From NCBI GenBank assembly GCA_043739185.1, contig JAYUEN010000006.1, forward strand, positions 1 to 24,575: a stretch of DNA of 24,575 nt, read 5' to 3'. Position numbers and translations under genes: made by a program. The stretch comes from Bdellovibrionales bacterium. GTDB taxonomy: Bacteria > Bdellovibrionota > Bdellovibrionia > Bdellovibrionales > JAMPXM01. Below, one piece after another: positions 1 to 9,856 of this stretch. The notes beneath the pieces were generated by a model that saw nothing but the letters and a program-made list of their open reading frames with translations, searched no databases and was not told where the DNA came from. Position 1 is the stretch's first letter, and each line of letters opens with the position of its first letter.

Positions 1-395
1 GGATTCAAGATTTCGATCTTATCCGAAACTTGAATGTCTTTAGCAGTAACTGTTCCTGGGCCGTTCTTTACGATTCTCAAAGTAAGTGGCTCTGGAGAAA
101 ACTGCTTAAAGCGAATTTCTTTCAAATTTAAAATAATGTCAGTAACGTCTTCCATTACATCTGGAATCGTCGAGAACTCGTGAAGAACTCCATCAAACTT
201 TACGGCAGAAACTGCTGAACCCATCATTGAGCTCAATAGAATACGGCGCAAAGAATTTCCGAGAGTGACTCCATAGCCTCTTTCAAGCGGGCGAACGATG
301 AAACGTCCGTAATCCTCTTTCAAGGAATCACGATCAACTTCAAAACCCTTTGGCTTAATCAGATCACGCCAGAATTTGTAGTAATGTTCTTGCAT
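1..395 (-). CDS. rpoA: RNA polymerase alpha subunit, N-terminal part (runs off the window)
   Basis: Not in the ORF track. Manual translation from ATG at 395 gives [18 protein letters not shown]...[22 protein letters not shown]...[24 protein letters not shown], with the RpoA motifs. It follows rpsD. Confidence 0.98.
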   Translation of the reverse strand, partial: MQEHYYKFWRDLIKPKGFEVDRDSLKEDYGRFIVRPLERGYGVTLGNSLRRILLSSMMGSAVSAVKFDGVLHEFSTIPDVMEDVTDIILNLKEIRFKQFSPEPLTLRIVKNGPGTVTAKDIQVSDKIEILN

Positions 396-425
396 CAGTT
401 GTACCCCTATCCTTCTATTCCCTAA

Positions 426-1052
426 TTATCGTGAGTAATACTCAACGATCATGTTTTCTTCGATTGGCAATGTCACATTGTCTCTTGCTGGAAGATCCTT
501 GATCGTCCCTTTAAAATGGGCATGATCAGCATCCAACCAAGACGGCATCTCTCTCTTTTTTACAGACTCGATTGACGCCATGATTTTAGTCATTGCGCGG
601 CTCGCTTCTTTCACTTCAACAACATCACCCTTACTTACATTAAAGCTTGGGATATTTGTCTTCTTGCCGTTAACAATAAAGTGATTGTGCTTAACAAGAT
701 GACGAGCTTCTCTTCGTGAAGAGGCAAAACCCAAATTGTAAACCACATTATCAAGTCTGGTTTCTAATAGAGTTAATAATTGCGTACCAGTTACGCCTCT
801 CATGCGATCCGCTTCTTTGAAATACAAACTAAATTGCTTTTCAGCGACGCCGTAATAGCGTTTTGCTTTTTGTTTTTCTCTCAACTGCAAAGCAAATTCG
901 CTAAATTTCAAACGAGATTGACCATGTTGTCCTGGAGGATATGGACGTCTTTCGAACGAACATTTATCCGTATAACAACGATCACCCTTCAAAAACAATT
1001 TTACGTTTTCTCTTCGGCAAAACTTACAAACGCTATTAGGAATGCAACTCAC
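426..1052 (-). CDS. rpsD: 30S ribosomal protein S4 (Cys-containing, Zn-binding type)
   Basis: CKFCRRE...RC...KC, PPGQHG, LREKQK and LETRLDNVV motifs; GTG start with AAGGAG SD. Confidence 0.98.
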   Translation of the reverse strand: MSCIPNSVCKFCRRENVKLFLKGDRCYTDKCSFERRPYPPGQHGQSRLKFSEFALQLREKQKAKRYYGVAEKQFSLYFKEADRMRGVTGTQLLTLLETRLDNVVYNLGFASSRREARHLVKHNHFIVNGKKTNIPSFNVSKGDVVEVKEASRAMTKIMASIESVKKREMPSWLDADHAHFKGTIKDLPARDNVTLPIEENMIVEYYSR

Positions 1053-1073
1053 AAAGTCTCCTTAAATCTTGGC

Positions 1074-1460
1074 TTAAATTCTTCTTCTTTTAGGTGGTCG
1101 GCAGCCATTGTGTGGAACCGGCGTAGTATCTCTCATTGTCGAAACTCGAATGCCCGCAGAGGCAATGGCACGAATTGCGGGTTCACGTCCTGCGCCTGGT
1201 CCCTTAAGGAAAATGTCAACAGATCGAAGACCTGCTTCCATTGCCTTTTTAGAAACGTCTTCAGCAGCCATTTGCGATGCAAAAGGGGTCCCTTTACGGC
1301 TGCCTTTGAATCCCAAGTGACCTGAACTTGACCAAGCAATTGTCTCGCCAGTCATATCGGTCATCGTAATGATCGTGTTACCAAATCCAGCTTGAACAAA
1401 GCACTTCCCGTGGGAAACTGCTTTTCTAACTTTCTTTTTTACGTTCTTTTTACCAGCCAC
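1074..1460 (-). CDS. rpsK: 30S ribosomal protein S11
   Basis: GFKGSRKGTPFA, KGPGAGRE and TPVPHNGCRPPKRRR motifs; GTG start. Confidence 0.98.
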   Translation of the reverse strand: MAGKKNVKKKVRKAVSHGKCFVQAGFGNTIITMTDMTGETIAWSSSGHLGFKGSRKGTPFASQMAAEDVSKKAMEAGLRSVDIFLKGPGAGREPAIRAIASAGIRVSTMRDTTPVPHNGCRPPKRRRI

Positions 1461-1502
1461 TTTAACTCCCCAGATTTTTTAACAGATCTCTCAATTAATT
1501 AA

Positions 1503-1877
1503 TTAAACAATTTTCTTTTTGTTCGCGACTGTCTTACGAGCACCCTTACGAGTACGAGCATTCTGTCTTGTGCTTTGTCCTCGAACCGGAAGTCCCTTAC
1601 GATGGCGCAAACCACGATAGCAACCCAAATCCATAAGGCGTTTAATCGCAAGACCAATATCTCTGCGCAAGTCACCTTCTACTTTGAATTCTCTCTCAAT
1701 TACTTCTCTGATTTTTGCAACATGAGTATCAGTCAAAGCATCTGTACGAAGTCCTGCTTCCATACCTGTGCTTTTCATGATGTGGTTAGCACGAGTCTTG
1801 CCAATGCCATAAATATAGGTGAGAGCAACAACTACTCTTTTATTACGTGGTAAATCTACTCCAGAAATACGAGCCAT
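1503..1877 (-). CDS. rpsM: 30S ribosomal protein S13
   Basis: [18 protein letters not shown] and [15 protein letters not shown] motifs. Confidence 0.98.
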   Translation of the reverse strand: MARISGVDLPRNKRVVVALTYIYGIGKTRANHIMKSTGMEAGLRTDALTDTHVAKIREVIEREFKVEGDLRRDIGLAIKRLMDLGCYRGLRHRKGLPVRGQSTRQNARTRKGARKTVANKKKIV

Positions 1878-1880
1878 TGA

Positions 1881-1994
1881 CTATCCCTGCCTTTGCTTAT
1901 GCTTAGGGTTTTCGCAGATTACTCTGACGACGCCTTTTCTTTTAATAACTTTGCACTTATTACAAACTCGTTTTACCGATGCTCTGACTTTCAT
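1881..1994 (-). CDS. rpmJ: 50S ribosomal protein L36 (C+ Zn-ribbon type)
   Basis: Below the ORF-track cutoff. Manual translation is [37 protein letters not shown] (37 aa) with a GGAG SD. Confidence 0.98.
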   Translation of the reverse strand: MKVRASVKRVCNKCKVIKRKGVVRVICENPKHKQRQG

Positions 1995-2061
1995 CGCTTC
2001 TCCAAAACCCTTAAACTTTTTCCTGCTAATTAGTGGGAAATATAAGATTTAAAGGTCAAAA

Positions 2062-2090
2062 TTAATATCATCTACAAAAATCTAAGTCTA
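2062..2090 (-). promoter_or_regulatory. Possible sigma70 promoter for rpmJ-rpsM-rpsK-rpsD-rpoA
   Basis: Minus strand TAGACT-N17-TATTAA with TG upstream of the -10 box, in the AT-rich 168-bp adk-rpmJ spacer. Imperfect match only. Confidence 0.3.
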
Positions 2091-2162
2091 GCCATTTATC
2101 AATATGCCCTCAAAAAATCAAAGACAAAAAATAAATAACTTGGACCCGATCCCATTTTCACT

Positions 2163-2807
2163 TCACTTATCAGCCAAAATACTTTTTACCCTCGTGAAAA
2201 CCGCTTTAGCCTCTCCTGAGCCGTCAATCTCAGCTAGCAACTTACGTTGCAAGTAGAAATCTTTCACAGGAGCCGTGCTGGTCTCATAGGCCAAAAGACG
2301 CTGAGAAATGACTTCCTCTTTGTCGTCTGATCTATGCGAAAGTTTCGACCCGCACTTATCACAAACGTTTTCAGTCTTGGGCCGGTTGGTCTCAATGTGA
2401 TAAACCGACCCACAACTGTCACAAACTCTTCTGCCGGTTAGGCGTCCCAATAAAACTTTTCTTGGAACCTCTAAAAAAACTACTTTTTTCAGAGAGATTT
2501 TAAGCTTCTTAAACAATCCCTCAAGCGCTTCAGCTTGTGGAGGAGTTCGCGGAAAACCATCTAAAACAAAACCCTGATTACCTATCTTACCCAAAATATC
2601 TTCAACTAAACCTATAACTACATCGTCTGGGACCAATTTGCCAGAATCCATAAAGGACTTGGCTTTCACTCCCAACGGGGTCTTTTCGGCCACTGCTGCC
2701 CTTAAAAGATTGCCTGTCGAAATATGGGTCATCTTCATTTGCTCAACCAAAAAGGCAGACTGAGTTCCTTTGCCTGCTCCTGGTGGTCCGAACAAGATGA
2801 TGTTCAA
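2163..2807 (-). CDS. adk: Adenylate kinase (long type, CxxC/CxxC Zn-binding LID)
   Basis: GPPGAGKGTQ P-loop, LDGFPRT and RRVCDSC...CDKC motifs; TTG start overlaps the secY stop. Confidence 0.97.
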   Translation of the reverse strand: MNIILFGPPGAGKGTQSAFLVEQMKMTHISTGNLLRAAVAEKTPLGVKAKSFMDSGKLVPDDVVIGLVEDILGKIGNQGFVLDGFPRTPPQAEALEGLFKKLKISLKKVVFLEVPRKVLLGRLTGRRVCDSCGSVYHIETNRPKTENVCDKCGSKLSHRSDDKEEVISQRLLAYETSTAPVKDFYLQRKLLAEIDGSGEAKAVFTRVKSILADK

Positions 2808-4114
2808 AACTGAACCCTCCGGCTCCTAGCATTGGCACCCTTGAGTAAGCCTTCATACCTCTGAGTCATCAAATATGAACTAATTTGGCGAGTGGTATTG
2901 AGTGCCACGCCCACCAAAATGATCAAGCTAGTTCCGCCGAAATAAAACGGTGTCTTCAATTTATCAATTAATAGGCCTGGCAAGACACAAATCGCACTGA
3001 GGTAGATCGCTCCACCTACATTGATACGTTCCATAATGCGTTGAATGTACTGAGCTGTCGTATTGCCTGCTCGAACACCTGGAATGAACTTGCCCGACTT
3101 CTTCAAATTATCGGCAATTTCAGTCGGATTAAAAACAAGTTCAGTATAAAAAAAGCAAAAGAAAACAATCAAAGCCACGAAGAAAATATTATAAAGCGCA
3201 CCTTGTGGAGATAAAAAATCCTTAATACGCGTGAGCCAAGCTTGATTACCGAACTGTGCAATCGTAGCCGGAAACAGCAATAAGCTACTTGCAAAAATCG
3301 GCGGAATAACGCCAGACAAATTGATCTTCATTGGCAAATGACTTGTCGGTGCTACGACCTGTTTTGCGCCTCTTTGAGTAGAATGCATCGGAATACGACG
3401 TTCGCCCACTTCTAAAAAGATCATTAATCCAACCACGATTACCATGAAAATAAGTAAACCAATTGCAATAAGTCCGCTCAATTCATGATTCGATACAAGA
3501 GTAAAAAGATTAATAGCTCCCTTAGGAATACCTGCTGCGATACCCGCAAAGATAATCAACGAAGCACCTTCACCAAGACCACGTTCAGTGATTTGCTCGC
3601 CTAGCCACATGATAAAACATGTACCAGCTGTCAAAGTGATCACAGTCATGATTCTAAATGGAATGATGCCAACGATATCTGAAGTCACCAAGGGGTGGCC
3701 CTCAAAATTTGAATTCATTAAATAGGTACTAATCGCCCAGCCCTGAACAACTGCCAAAACCACGGTGCCGTAGCGAGTATATTGAGTGATTTTTTTTCGA
3801 CCCTGTTCGCCCTCTTTTTTAAGAGCCTCGAGATAAGGAACAACAGAAGTTAGAAGCTGAAAAATGATCGAGCTCGAAATATAAGGCATGATCCCGAGTG
3901 CGAAAACACTGAACTGATTCAGAGCTCCACCCGAGAAAGTATTAAAAAGGCCGAAAATTCCGCCTTGATTTTGAAAAAACTTGAGAACCGTTTGGCCATT
4001 AACTCCAGGAGTTGGCACATGAACGCCAAAACGGTAAACAGCAATGAGAATAAGAGTGAAAAGAATTCGCTTACGAAGTTCGCTATGCTTGATGATTCCG
4101 CCAGATTCTGCCAC
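2804..4114 (-). CDS. secY: Preprotein translocase subunit SecY
   Basis: Many hydrophobic segments; FALGIMPYISSSII, WLGEQITERG, FIPGVRAG and FGGTSLII motifs; GTG start overlaps the rplO stop. Confidence 0.98.
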   Translation of the reverse strand: MAESGGIIKHSELRKRILFTLILIAVYRFGVHVPTPGVNGQTVLKFFQNQGGIFGLFNTFSGGALNQFSVFALGIMPYISSSIIFQLLTSVVPYLEALKKEGEQGRKKITQYTRYGTVVLAVVQGWAISTYLMNSNFEGHPLVTSDIVGIIPFRIMTVITLTAGTCFIMWLGEQITERGLGEGASLIIFAGIAAGIPKGAINLFTLVSNHELSGLIAIGLLIFMVIVVGLMIFLEVGERRIPMHSTQRGAKQVVAPTSHLPMKINLSGVIPPIFASSLLLFPATIAQFGNQAWLTRIKDFLSPQGALYNIFFVALIVFFCFFYTELVFNPTEIADNLKKSGKFIPGVRAGNTTAQYIQRIMERINVGGAIYLSAICVLPGLLIDKLKTPFYFGGTSLIILVGVALNTTRQISSYLMTQRYEGLLKGANARSRRVQF

Positions 4115-4557
4115 TACTCAATTACCTCAACCTTTCCGCCTGCTGCTTCAATAGCTGCTTTTGCCGCCGCACTAAAGCGGTGAGCCTTTACAGTTAAAGC
4201 CTTAGTCAGTTTACCAGTTGCTAAAATCTTTACTTTATCAGTTTTAAGATTCGCAACTAACTTTAAGATCTGAGGATTGATCTCATTTTTCTGAGCCAAT
4301 TTCTCAAGAGCTGAAAGATTAAATACATCGTATTCAGTTCTAAAATTTTTATTATTAAAACCAAACTTTGGAAGTCTTCTCATCAGAGGCGTTTGACCGC
4401 CCTCAAAGCCCCAACGAACTGTTCCGCCCGTTCTTGCTTTTTGTCCTTTATGACCTTTGCCAGCGGTTCCGCCTTGGCCAGTCGCGTGTCCACGACCTTT
4501 TCTTTTCTTTGTAAAAGTCGAACCTTTTCTGGGTCTTAATGTGCTTAGTAAACTCAT
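4114..4557 (-). CDS. rplO: 50S ribosomal protein L15
   Basis: GKGHKGQKAR and GFEGGQTPLMRRLPKFGF motifs. Confidence 0.98.
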   Translation of the reverse strand: MSLLSTLRPRKGSTFTKKRKGRGHATGQGGTAGKGHKGQKARTGGTVRWGFEGGQTPLMRRLPKFGFNNKNFRTEYDVFNLSALEKLAQKNEINPQILKLVANLKTDKVKILATGKLTKALTVKAHRFSAAAKAAIEAAGGKVEVIE

Positions 4558-4559
4558 AA

Positions 4560-4742
4560 CTACTCCGGTTTCACAGTCAGTAAGTGCTGTACTTTGATAA
4601 TTTGTCCACGATTAGCAAGATTATCCGAAACCACTATCTCGTGCTGGAGTCTTCTCAGACCCAAACAACGAACAGTATCTCTTTGACTTGCGGTACAGCC
4701 AATCAAGCTTCTTACCAGCTTAATTCTAAATTTTTTTTCCAT
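4560..4742 (-). CDS. rpmD: 50S ribosomal protein L30
   Basis: 60 aa with IKLVRSLIG...LGLRR...RGQIIKVQHLL; lies between rpsE and rplO. Confidence 0.95.
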   Translation of the reverse strand: MEKKFRIKLVRSLIGCTASQRDTVRCLGLRRLQHEIVVSDNLANRGQIIKVQHLLTVKPE

Positions 4743-4805
4743 GACATCCTCACTTCATTCAACTAACAAGCTTCAAAAATTCAATAATTATAACTAAACT
4801 TGCAA

Positions 4806-5282
4806 CTACTCAGTGACAGTTTCACCGTGTTTTTGCATTTTCAATTGCTTCAATCCATCAAGAGTTGCTCGAACCGCATTGTGTGCGTTTCTAGTTCCGA
4901 TACATTTTGTCAAAATATCTTTTACGCCAACAGACTCAAGAACAGCTCTTACTGCTCCACCAGCGATAACGCCAGTTCCGGGAGCGGCAGGTCTCATAAT
5001 CACTTTAGCTGCGCCAAAGCGACCAATGACTTCGTGAGAAATCGTTCGTCCTGCTAGCAAAGAAACGCTTCGGAAGCTCTTCTGAGCTGCTCGACTTGCT
5101 TTACCTATGGCCTCAGGCACTTCACCCGCTTTGCCAGTTCCAAATCCGACTTCGCCGGCTCCGTTACCAACAACCACAAGTGCTGCAAACGAAAATCTTC
5201 GTCCGCCCTTTACAACCTTTGCCACACGTCTAATTGCGACGACGCGCTCTTCGAAATCAGACTTTACCTGTTTAGCATCCAC
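4806..5282 (-). CDS. rpsE: 30S ribosomal protein S5
   Basis: [23 protein letters not shown] and [12 protein letters not shown] motifs; GTG start with AAGGAG SD. Confidence 0.98.
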   Translation of the reverse strand: MDAKQVKSDFEERVVAIRRVAKVVKGGRRFSFAALVVVGNGAGEVGFGTGKAGEVPEAIGKASRAAQKSFRSVSLLAGRTISHEVIGRFGAAKVIMRPAAPGTGVIAGGAVRAVLESVGVKDILTKCIGTRNAHNAVRATLDGLKQLKMQKHGETVTE

Positions 5283-5299
5283 AATAATCTCTCCTTAAA

Positions 5300-5671
5300 T
5301 TAAAACTCTAGGCCCGCTGCTCGTGCACCATCTGCAAGTGATTTCACTCGTCCATGATACAGATATCCGTTGCGATCAAAAACCACTGACTTAATTTTCT
5401 TATCTATAGCGCGTTTGGCAATGGCTGCACCAATTTTTTGCGCAGTCTCTTTATTCGCTCCCTTTAAACCTTCAACGTCTAAAGTAGAAGCTGCTACTAA
5501 AGTTTTGCCGTTAGCATCATCTATGATTTGCGCATAGATGTGTTTTGCACTTCTAAAAATACAAAGTCTTGGCTTTGTAGCATCTCCAGAAACTTTCTTT
5601 CTGATCTTCAATTTCTTTTTCATACGCGCAGATTGTTTTACGCTGGTATGTTTTTTTAATGTAATTCTCAT
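5300..5671 (-). CDS. rplR: 50S ribosomal protein L18
   Basis: [19 protein letters not shown] and [14 protein letters not shown] motifs. I placed the start at ATG 5671 (AGGTGG SD 5 nt upstream) rather than GTG 5680. Confidence 0.96.
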   Translation of the reverse strand: MRITLKKHTSVKQSARMKKKLKIRKKVSGDATKPRLCIFRSAKHIYAQIIDDANGKTLVAASTLDVEGLKGANKETAQKIGAAIAKRAIDKKIKSVVFDRNGYLYHGRVKSLADGARAAGLEF

Positions 5672-5715
5672 AATAACCACCTAACAAAATTTTAAATTCT
5701 CTCAACTCAACTGAC

Positions 5716-6258
5716 TTATTTACCTGCTGATTTTCCTTCTTTTCTTCTCAATTTCTCATCCGAATACTTCACGCCCTTACCAAGGTACGGCTCTGGTGGA
5801 CGAAAACTGCGAATTTTAGCAGCCACTTTGCCTACCAAGTCCTTATTTGGACCATTGACAGAAATATTGGTCTGCTTCTCTACTTTAATTTCGATTCCCT
5901 CAGGGATAGCAAACGAAATAGGATGGCTATAGCCCAAAGAAAGCTCTAATTTTTTGCCTGCAACAGAAGCTCTATAACCTACCCCAACAAGATCTAGAGA
6001 CCTATTAAAACCAGTGGTAACACCAGTTACAGCACTTTGAAGAATGGCGCGATAGAGTCCGTGCAATGCACGCGCATTTTGCGAATCATCTTTTCTGGCC
6101 AATACGAGAGTTTTTCCTTCAACTTTTGCAGTGATCTCGGGTCGCATTTTTAACGACTGCGTGTGCTTTGCACCCTTCACAACCACTTCATTATCTGCAG
6201 TGATACTCACTTTCACAGAATCTGCTAAACTTATTGGAGCTCTACCGATACGAGACAT
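5716..6258 (-). CDS. rplF: 50S ribosomal protein L6
   Basis: MSRIGRAPI, LVGVGYRA, LGYSHP and RPPEPYLGKGVKY motifs. Confidence 0.98.
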   Translation of the reverse strand: MSRIGRAPISLADSVKVSITADNEVVVKGAKHTQSLKMRPEITAKVEGKTLVLARKDDSQNARALHGLYRAILQSAVTGVTTGFNRSLDLVGVGYRASVAGKKLELSLGYSHPISFAIPEGIEIKVEKQTNISVNGPNKDLVGKVAAKIRSFRPPEPYLGKGVKYSDEKLRRKEGKSAGK

Positions 6259-6307
6259 ATTTCACCTTTTTAATTCGCTTAATATTTAAAACAACCAACT
6301 CAATCTA

Positions 6308-6697
6308 CTAATAAAGTGTGCACAGCAATTCGCCGCCCAAATTTTCCTTAATAGCTTGATCTCCGCTCATAATTCCTTTGCTAGTACTCAAAATAGCCAC
6401 ACCAAAACCAGATCTAACATTTGGAATTTTATCCTTAGGCACATAATATCTGCGACCTGGTTTTGAACGTCTCTCGATTGCTGTAAAAGCAGGAGATCCG
6501 CTTTGGTCGTAGCTCAAATACAAGCGCATAATGCCTTGTTTGCCGTCTCTGACGACTTTGTAGCTACGAATGTACCCAGTTTTCTCGAGTACGCCGGCGA
6601 TTCCTTCTCTGAGTTTTGAGCTCGGAACATCGACTTTTTCGTGCTTTGCAACGCCTGCGTTTCTAATTCTAGTTAAAAATTCACCAACTGTATCCAT
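6308..6697 (-). CDS. rpsH: 30S ribosomal protein S8
   Basis: LTRIRNA, SKPGRRYY, ILSTSKGIM and GGELLC motifs. Confidence 0.98.
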   Translation of the reverse strand: MDTVGEFLTRIRNAGVAKHEKVDVPSSKLREGIAGVLEKTGYIRSYKVVRDGKQGIMRLYLSYDQSGSPAFTAIERRSKPGRRYYVPKDKIPNVRSGFGVAILSTSKGIMSGDQAIKENLGGELLCTLY

Positions 6698-6731
6698 TTC
6701 GGTCCTCTTACTTAATTTTCAATTTTTAAAA

Positions 6732-6917
6732 CTACCAGCTCGCCTTTGTAACACCAGGGATAAGTCCCTTGCTTGCATTTCCGCGGAAACACAAACGACA
6801 CATTTTAAATTTTCTCAAGAAGCCACGCGCTCGCCCACAGCATTTGCAGCGGTTACGTTTACGAACACCAAACTTTGGTGTTGCTTCTGCTTTCACTCTC
6901 ATTGCTAATCTAGCCAC
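6732..6917 (-). CDS. rpsN: 30S ribosomal protein S14, short Zn-binding (type Z) form
   Basis: 61 aa; RCKCCGR...CRLCFR...[12 protein letters not shown] start with GAGGAG SD. Confidence 0.97.
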   Translation of the reverse strand: MARLAMRVKAEATPKFGVRKRNRCKCCGRARGFLRKFKMCRLCFRGNASKGLIPGVTKASW

Positions 6918-6955
6918 ATTAACTCCTCAAAAAAATAGACACGTATTACTTCAAT

Positions 6956-7510
6956 TTACTTTCGAAACGGCATTCCCAATGACTCAAGTAATGCTTTACC
7001 ATCTGCATCGGTCTTAGCTGATGTACAAATAGTAATATTAAGGCCTCTTACTTTATCAATGCGGTCGTAATTAATTTCTGGGAAAACAATTTGCTCTTTA
7101 ATTCCTAAATTGTAATTGCCACGACCATCAAAACCCTTTGTGGCAAGTCCGCGAAAATCTCGTACCCTTGGAAGGGCCAAATTCACTAAACGATCAAGAA
7201 ATGCCCAAGCTTTTTCACGTCTCAAAGTCACGCGAACTCCGATTGGCATACCTTCTCTTAACTTAAAGTTAGAAATCGCTTTCTTAGCCTTGGTGATCAC
7301 GGCTTTTTGGCCAGTAATCATGGTCATTTCATCAACCGCAGTATTGATCAACTTTGGATTTTGAACGGCGTCAGCCAAGCAAGCATTTAAAACAATTTTT
7401 TCAAGGCGGGGAACCTGCATGGCTCCTTTAGCTTGAAGTTGTTTTACCAAAGCCGGCACGGCTTCCTTATTGTATTTTTCTTGCAAACGATTCATGTGTT
7501 TTGTTTTCAT
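6956..7510 (-). CDS. rplE: 50S ribosomal protein L5
   Basis: [42 protein letters not shown] and FDGRGNY motifs. The ATG at 7510 overlaps the rplN stop (TAATG); a second in-frame ATG lies at 7495 (MNRL...). Confidence 0.97.
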   Translation of the reverse strand: MKTKHMNRLQEKYNKEAVPALVKQLQAKGAMQVPRLEKIVLNACLADAVQNPKLINTAVDEMTMITGQKAVITKAKKAISNFKLREGMPIGVRVTLRREKAWAFLDRLVNLALPRVRDFRGLATKGFDGRGNYNLGIKEQIVFPEINYDRIDKVRGLNITICTSAKTDADGKALLESLGMPFRK

Positions 7511-7878
7511 TACAGCACCTCTGGCGCTAGAGAAACAATTTTAACAAACTGTTTTGCTCTTAGCTCTCTTGCAACTGGTCCAAATATACGGGTTCCAATT
7601 GGTTCTTTTGCAGCATTAATAAGAACAGCAGAATTATCATCAAAGCGGATATAGCTTCCGTCAGCACGCTTCAATTTATGAATCGTACGAACTACAACTG
7701 CTTTTGCTACTTCACCCTTTTTTACTTTTGAGTTAGGTAGAGCTTCTTTAATAGAAACCACTATGATGTCTCCGATTGCAGCAAAGCGACGTTTTGATCC
7801 GCCTAGTACTTTGATGCACATTACTTCTTTGGCACCTGAATTATCGGCTACTTTGAGCCGAGTCTGCATTTGAATCAT
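7510..7878 (-). CDS. rplN: 50S ribosomal protein L14
   Basis: [30 protein letters not shown] and SLAPEVL motifs. Confidence 0.98.
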   Translation of the reverse strand: MIQMQTRLKVADNSGAKEVMCIKVLGGSKRRFAAIGDIIVVSIKEALPNSKVKKGEVAKAVVVRTIHKLKRADGSYIRFDDNSAVLINAAKEPIGTRIFGPVARELRAKQFVKIVSLAPEVL

Positions 7879-8234
7879 GATTGAGCTCCGAGATCAGCCC
7901 CAATTTCAGGAGCATTCATTTTTGATTTTAAAACTTCAGCAAGTATCCAGCGCTTGGTTTTGCTAAGTGGTCGAGAATGAACCAATAAAACCGTATCACC
8001 GATTTTAGCGACATTCTTTTCGTCATGTGCTTTGAACACTGAGCTGTGGCTGATGAATTTGCCGTATTTTTTATGGCGCATTAATCTTACGATCTGAACT
8101 GAAATTGTTTTTTGCATTTTATTGCTGACAACTTCGCCAATCACTTCAACTCTGCGTCCTCTTGTCGACTCAGTAGTTTTACCAGTGGCCTTGCCTGTGT
8201 TCTGGCCTGTCGCTTTTGCTTCTTGCTTTTTCAT
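7875..8234 (-). CDS. rpsQ: 30S ribosomal protein S17 with N- and C-terminal extensions
   Basis: [22 protein letters not shown] and RPLSKTKRW motifs. Start placed at ATG 8234 (GAGGA SD). Confidence 0.96.
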   Translation of the reverse strand: MKKQEAKATGQNTGKATGKTTESTRGRRVEVIGEVVSNKMQKTISVQIVRLMRHKKYGKFISHSSVFKAHDEKNVAKIGDTVLLVHSRPLSKTKRWILAEVLKSKMNAPEIGADLGAQS

Positions 8235-8261
8235 AAACTTCCTCAACTTAAATAAATAACT

Positions 8262-8450
8262 TTATTTTTTCTTCAATTTCAGAGCAGTGAATATTTTCGC
8301 GATATCGCGCTTCATATTTTTGATGCTGGCTGGACTTTGAAGTTGTCCCATTGCATTTTTCATTTTAGCCTCAAAAACCTGACCTCTGAGTTCGTTCTTC
8401 TTTTTTCTCAATTCAGTAGCTGATTGGCCTGAAAATTCTGAATATTTCAT
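8262..8450 (-). CDS. rpmC: 50S ribosomal protein L29
   Basis: 62 aa helical basic protein with GQLQSPASIKNMKRDIAKIFT; lies between rplP and rpsQ. Confidence 0.94.
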   Translation of the reverse strand: MKYSEFSGQSATELRKKKNELRGQVFEAKMKNAMGQLQSPASIKNMKRDIAKIFTALKLKKK

Positions 8451-8453
8451 CGA

Positions 8454-8861
8454 TTACTCCCTAGCCAAAAACTTAGTTTTCATTGGCAATTTGTGTCCCG
8501 CCAAACGAAAAGCTTCTGCGGCTTGCTCTTTAGTCACACCGTTAATTTCAAAAATAACTGTTCCTGGTCGAACTACTGCAACCCAAAATTCAGGGTTACC
8601 TTTACCAGATCCCATTCGCACTTCAGCTGGCTTTTTAGTTACTGGCTTGTGCGGAAACGCACGAACCCAAACTTTTCCGCCGCGCTTAAGGCTTCTGCTA
8701 ATTGCAATACGACTTGCTTCGATTTGACGTGATGACAACCATCCGTCTTCAACTGATTGCAAACCAAAATCACCAAAGGCAATGTAGTTACACTGGCTAG
8801 CAAAGCCTCGCATTCTGCCTTTGTGCTGTTTTCTATGCTTAACTCTCTTAGGACTTAACAC
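8454..8861 (-). CDS. rplP: 50S ribosomal protein L16
   Basis: [21 protein letters not shown] and [10 protein letters not shown] motifs. Start placed at GTG 8861 (GAGGAGG SD). Confidence 0.97.
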   Translation of the reverse strand: MLSPKRVKHRKQHKGRMRGFASQCNYIAFGDFGLQSVEDGWLSSRQIEASRIAISRSLKRGGKVWVRAFPHKPVTKKPAEVRMGSGKGNPEFWVAVVRPGTVIFEINGVTKEQAAEAFRLAGHKLPMKTKFLARE

Positions 8862-9513
8862 GACTTGCCTCCTCAACTTCTTTCGCTGACATCACATCGC
8901 CTTTGTAGATCCAAGTCTTAACACCAATGATCCCGTAAGTAGTGAGGGCTTCAGCAGTGCCATAATCTATATCTGCTCGTAATGTATGAAGTGGTACGCT
9001 CTTCTCGGTATACCATTCTGTTCTTGCGATTTCGGCGCCATCAAGACGACCTGAAACCTGAACTTTGATACCCCGAACGCCGCCGCGAATAGCCGCCGCA
9101 ATGGCCTTTTTCAAAGCGCGTCTCCAAGAAATACGCTTTTCTAGTTGAAGAGCGATATTCTCAGCTACCAATTGTGCATCGATATCTGGCTTTCTGACTT
9201 CTTGAATATTCAAATAAACTTCGTTGGGAGTGAGTTTTTGAACATCGGCCTTTAGGGTGTCAATTCCTGAACCTTTTTTGCCAATAACTACTCCTGGGCG
9301 AGCTGTTGAAATAATGATCTTCAATTTTTTAGCAGCTCTCTCCATCTCGATACGAGCAACACCCGCATGCTTGAGCTTTTGAGACAAATATTTTCGAAGT
9401 CTGATATCTTCGTGTAAGTTCTCAGCAAACTGTTGTCCTTTGGCGTACCATCTTGAATCCCAAGTACGAATAACACCTAAACGCAGACTAATTGGATTTA
9501 CCTTTTGTCCCAC
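8848..9513 (-). CDS. rpsC: 30S ribosomal protein S3
   Basis: [31 protein letters not shown] and [11 protein letters not shown] motifs; GTG start. Confidence 0.98.
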   Translation of the reverse strand: MGQKVNPISLRLGVIRTWDSRWYAKGQQFAENLHEDIRLRKYLSQKLKHAGVARIEMERAAKKLKIIISTARPGVVIGKKGSGIDTLKADVQKLTPNEVYLNIQEVRKPDIDAQLVAENIALQLEKRISWRRALKKAIAAAIRGGVRGIKVQVSGRLDGAEIARTEWYTEKSVPLHTLRADIDYGTAEALTTYGIIGVKTWIYKGDVMSAKEVEEASRVKS

Positions 9514-9518
9514 TCTGA

Positions 9519-9848
9519 TTACCTCTCGTCCAATGTAATGTTGATATGACTCGATTTCTTTAAAACTGGAGTCGCGCGGCCTTGAGCTCTTGGTCTGAAT
9601 CTTCGCTGTGATGGGCCCATATCAACAGTAAGTGTCTTTATAAATAAATTATCTACGTCGATGGTTTTTTGCTGTTCGGCATTTGCCACCGCAGACTCAA
9701 TGAGTTTCTTGAGATGCAAAGCAGTTTTTTGCGGCATGAAAGTTAAAATGCGAATGGCATCATTAACATCCTTACCACGAACCATATCGATGACAGTTCG
9801 AGCTTTTTGACAGCTCACTTTCAAATTTCTTAATTTCGCATTAACCAT
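9519..9848 (-). CDS. rplV: 50S ribosomal protein L22
   Basis: [20 protein letters not shown] and SHINI motifs. Confidence 0.97.
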   Translation of the reverse strand: MVNAKLRNLKVSCQKARTVIDMVRGKDVNDAIRILTFMPQKTALHLKKLIESAVANAEQQKTIDVDNLFIKTLTVDMGPSQRRFRPRAQGRATPVLKKSSHINITLDER

Positions 9849-9856
9849 AAATTCCT

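Noticed and set aside
780..1325. 181-aa plus-strand ORF, and the other plus-strand ORFs in the track (e.g. 6570-6908, 14446-14739, 24076-24474)
   Set aside because: They lie antisense to conserved essential genes and show no recognisable motifs. Such shadow ORFs are expected from codon structure.
5703..6303. TTGAGTTG 8-mer a few nt after the stops of rpsH (6296-6303) and rplF (5703-5710)
   Set aside because: Only two exact copies in U/G-rich spacers, which is compatible with compositional bias.
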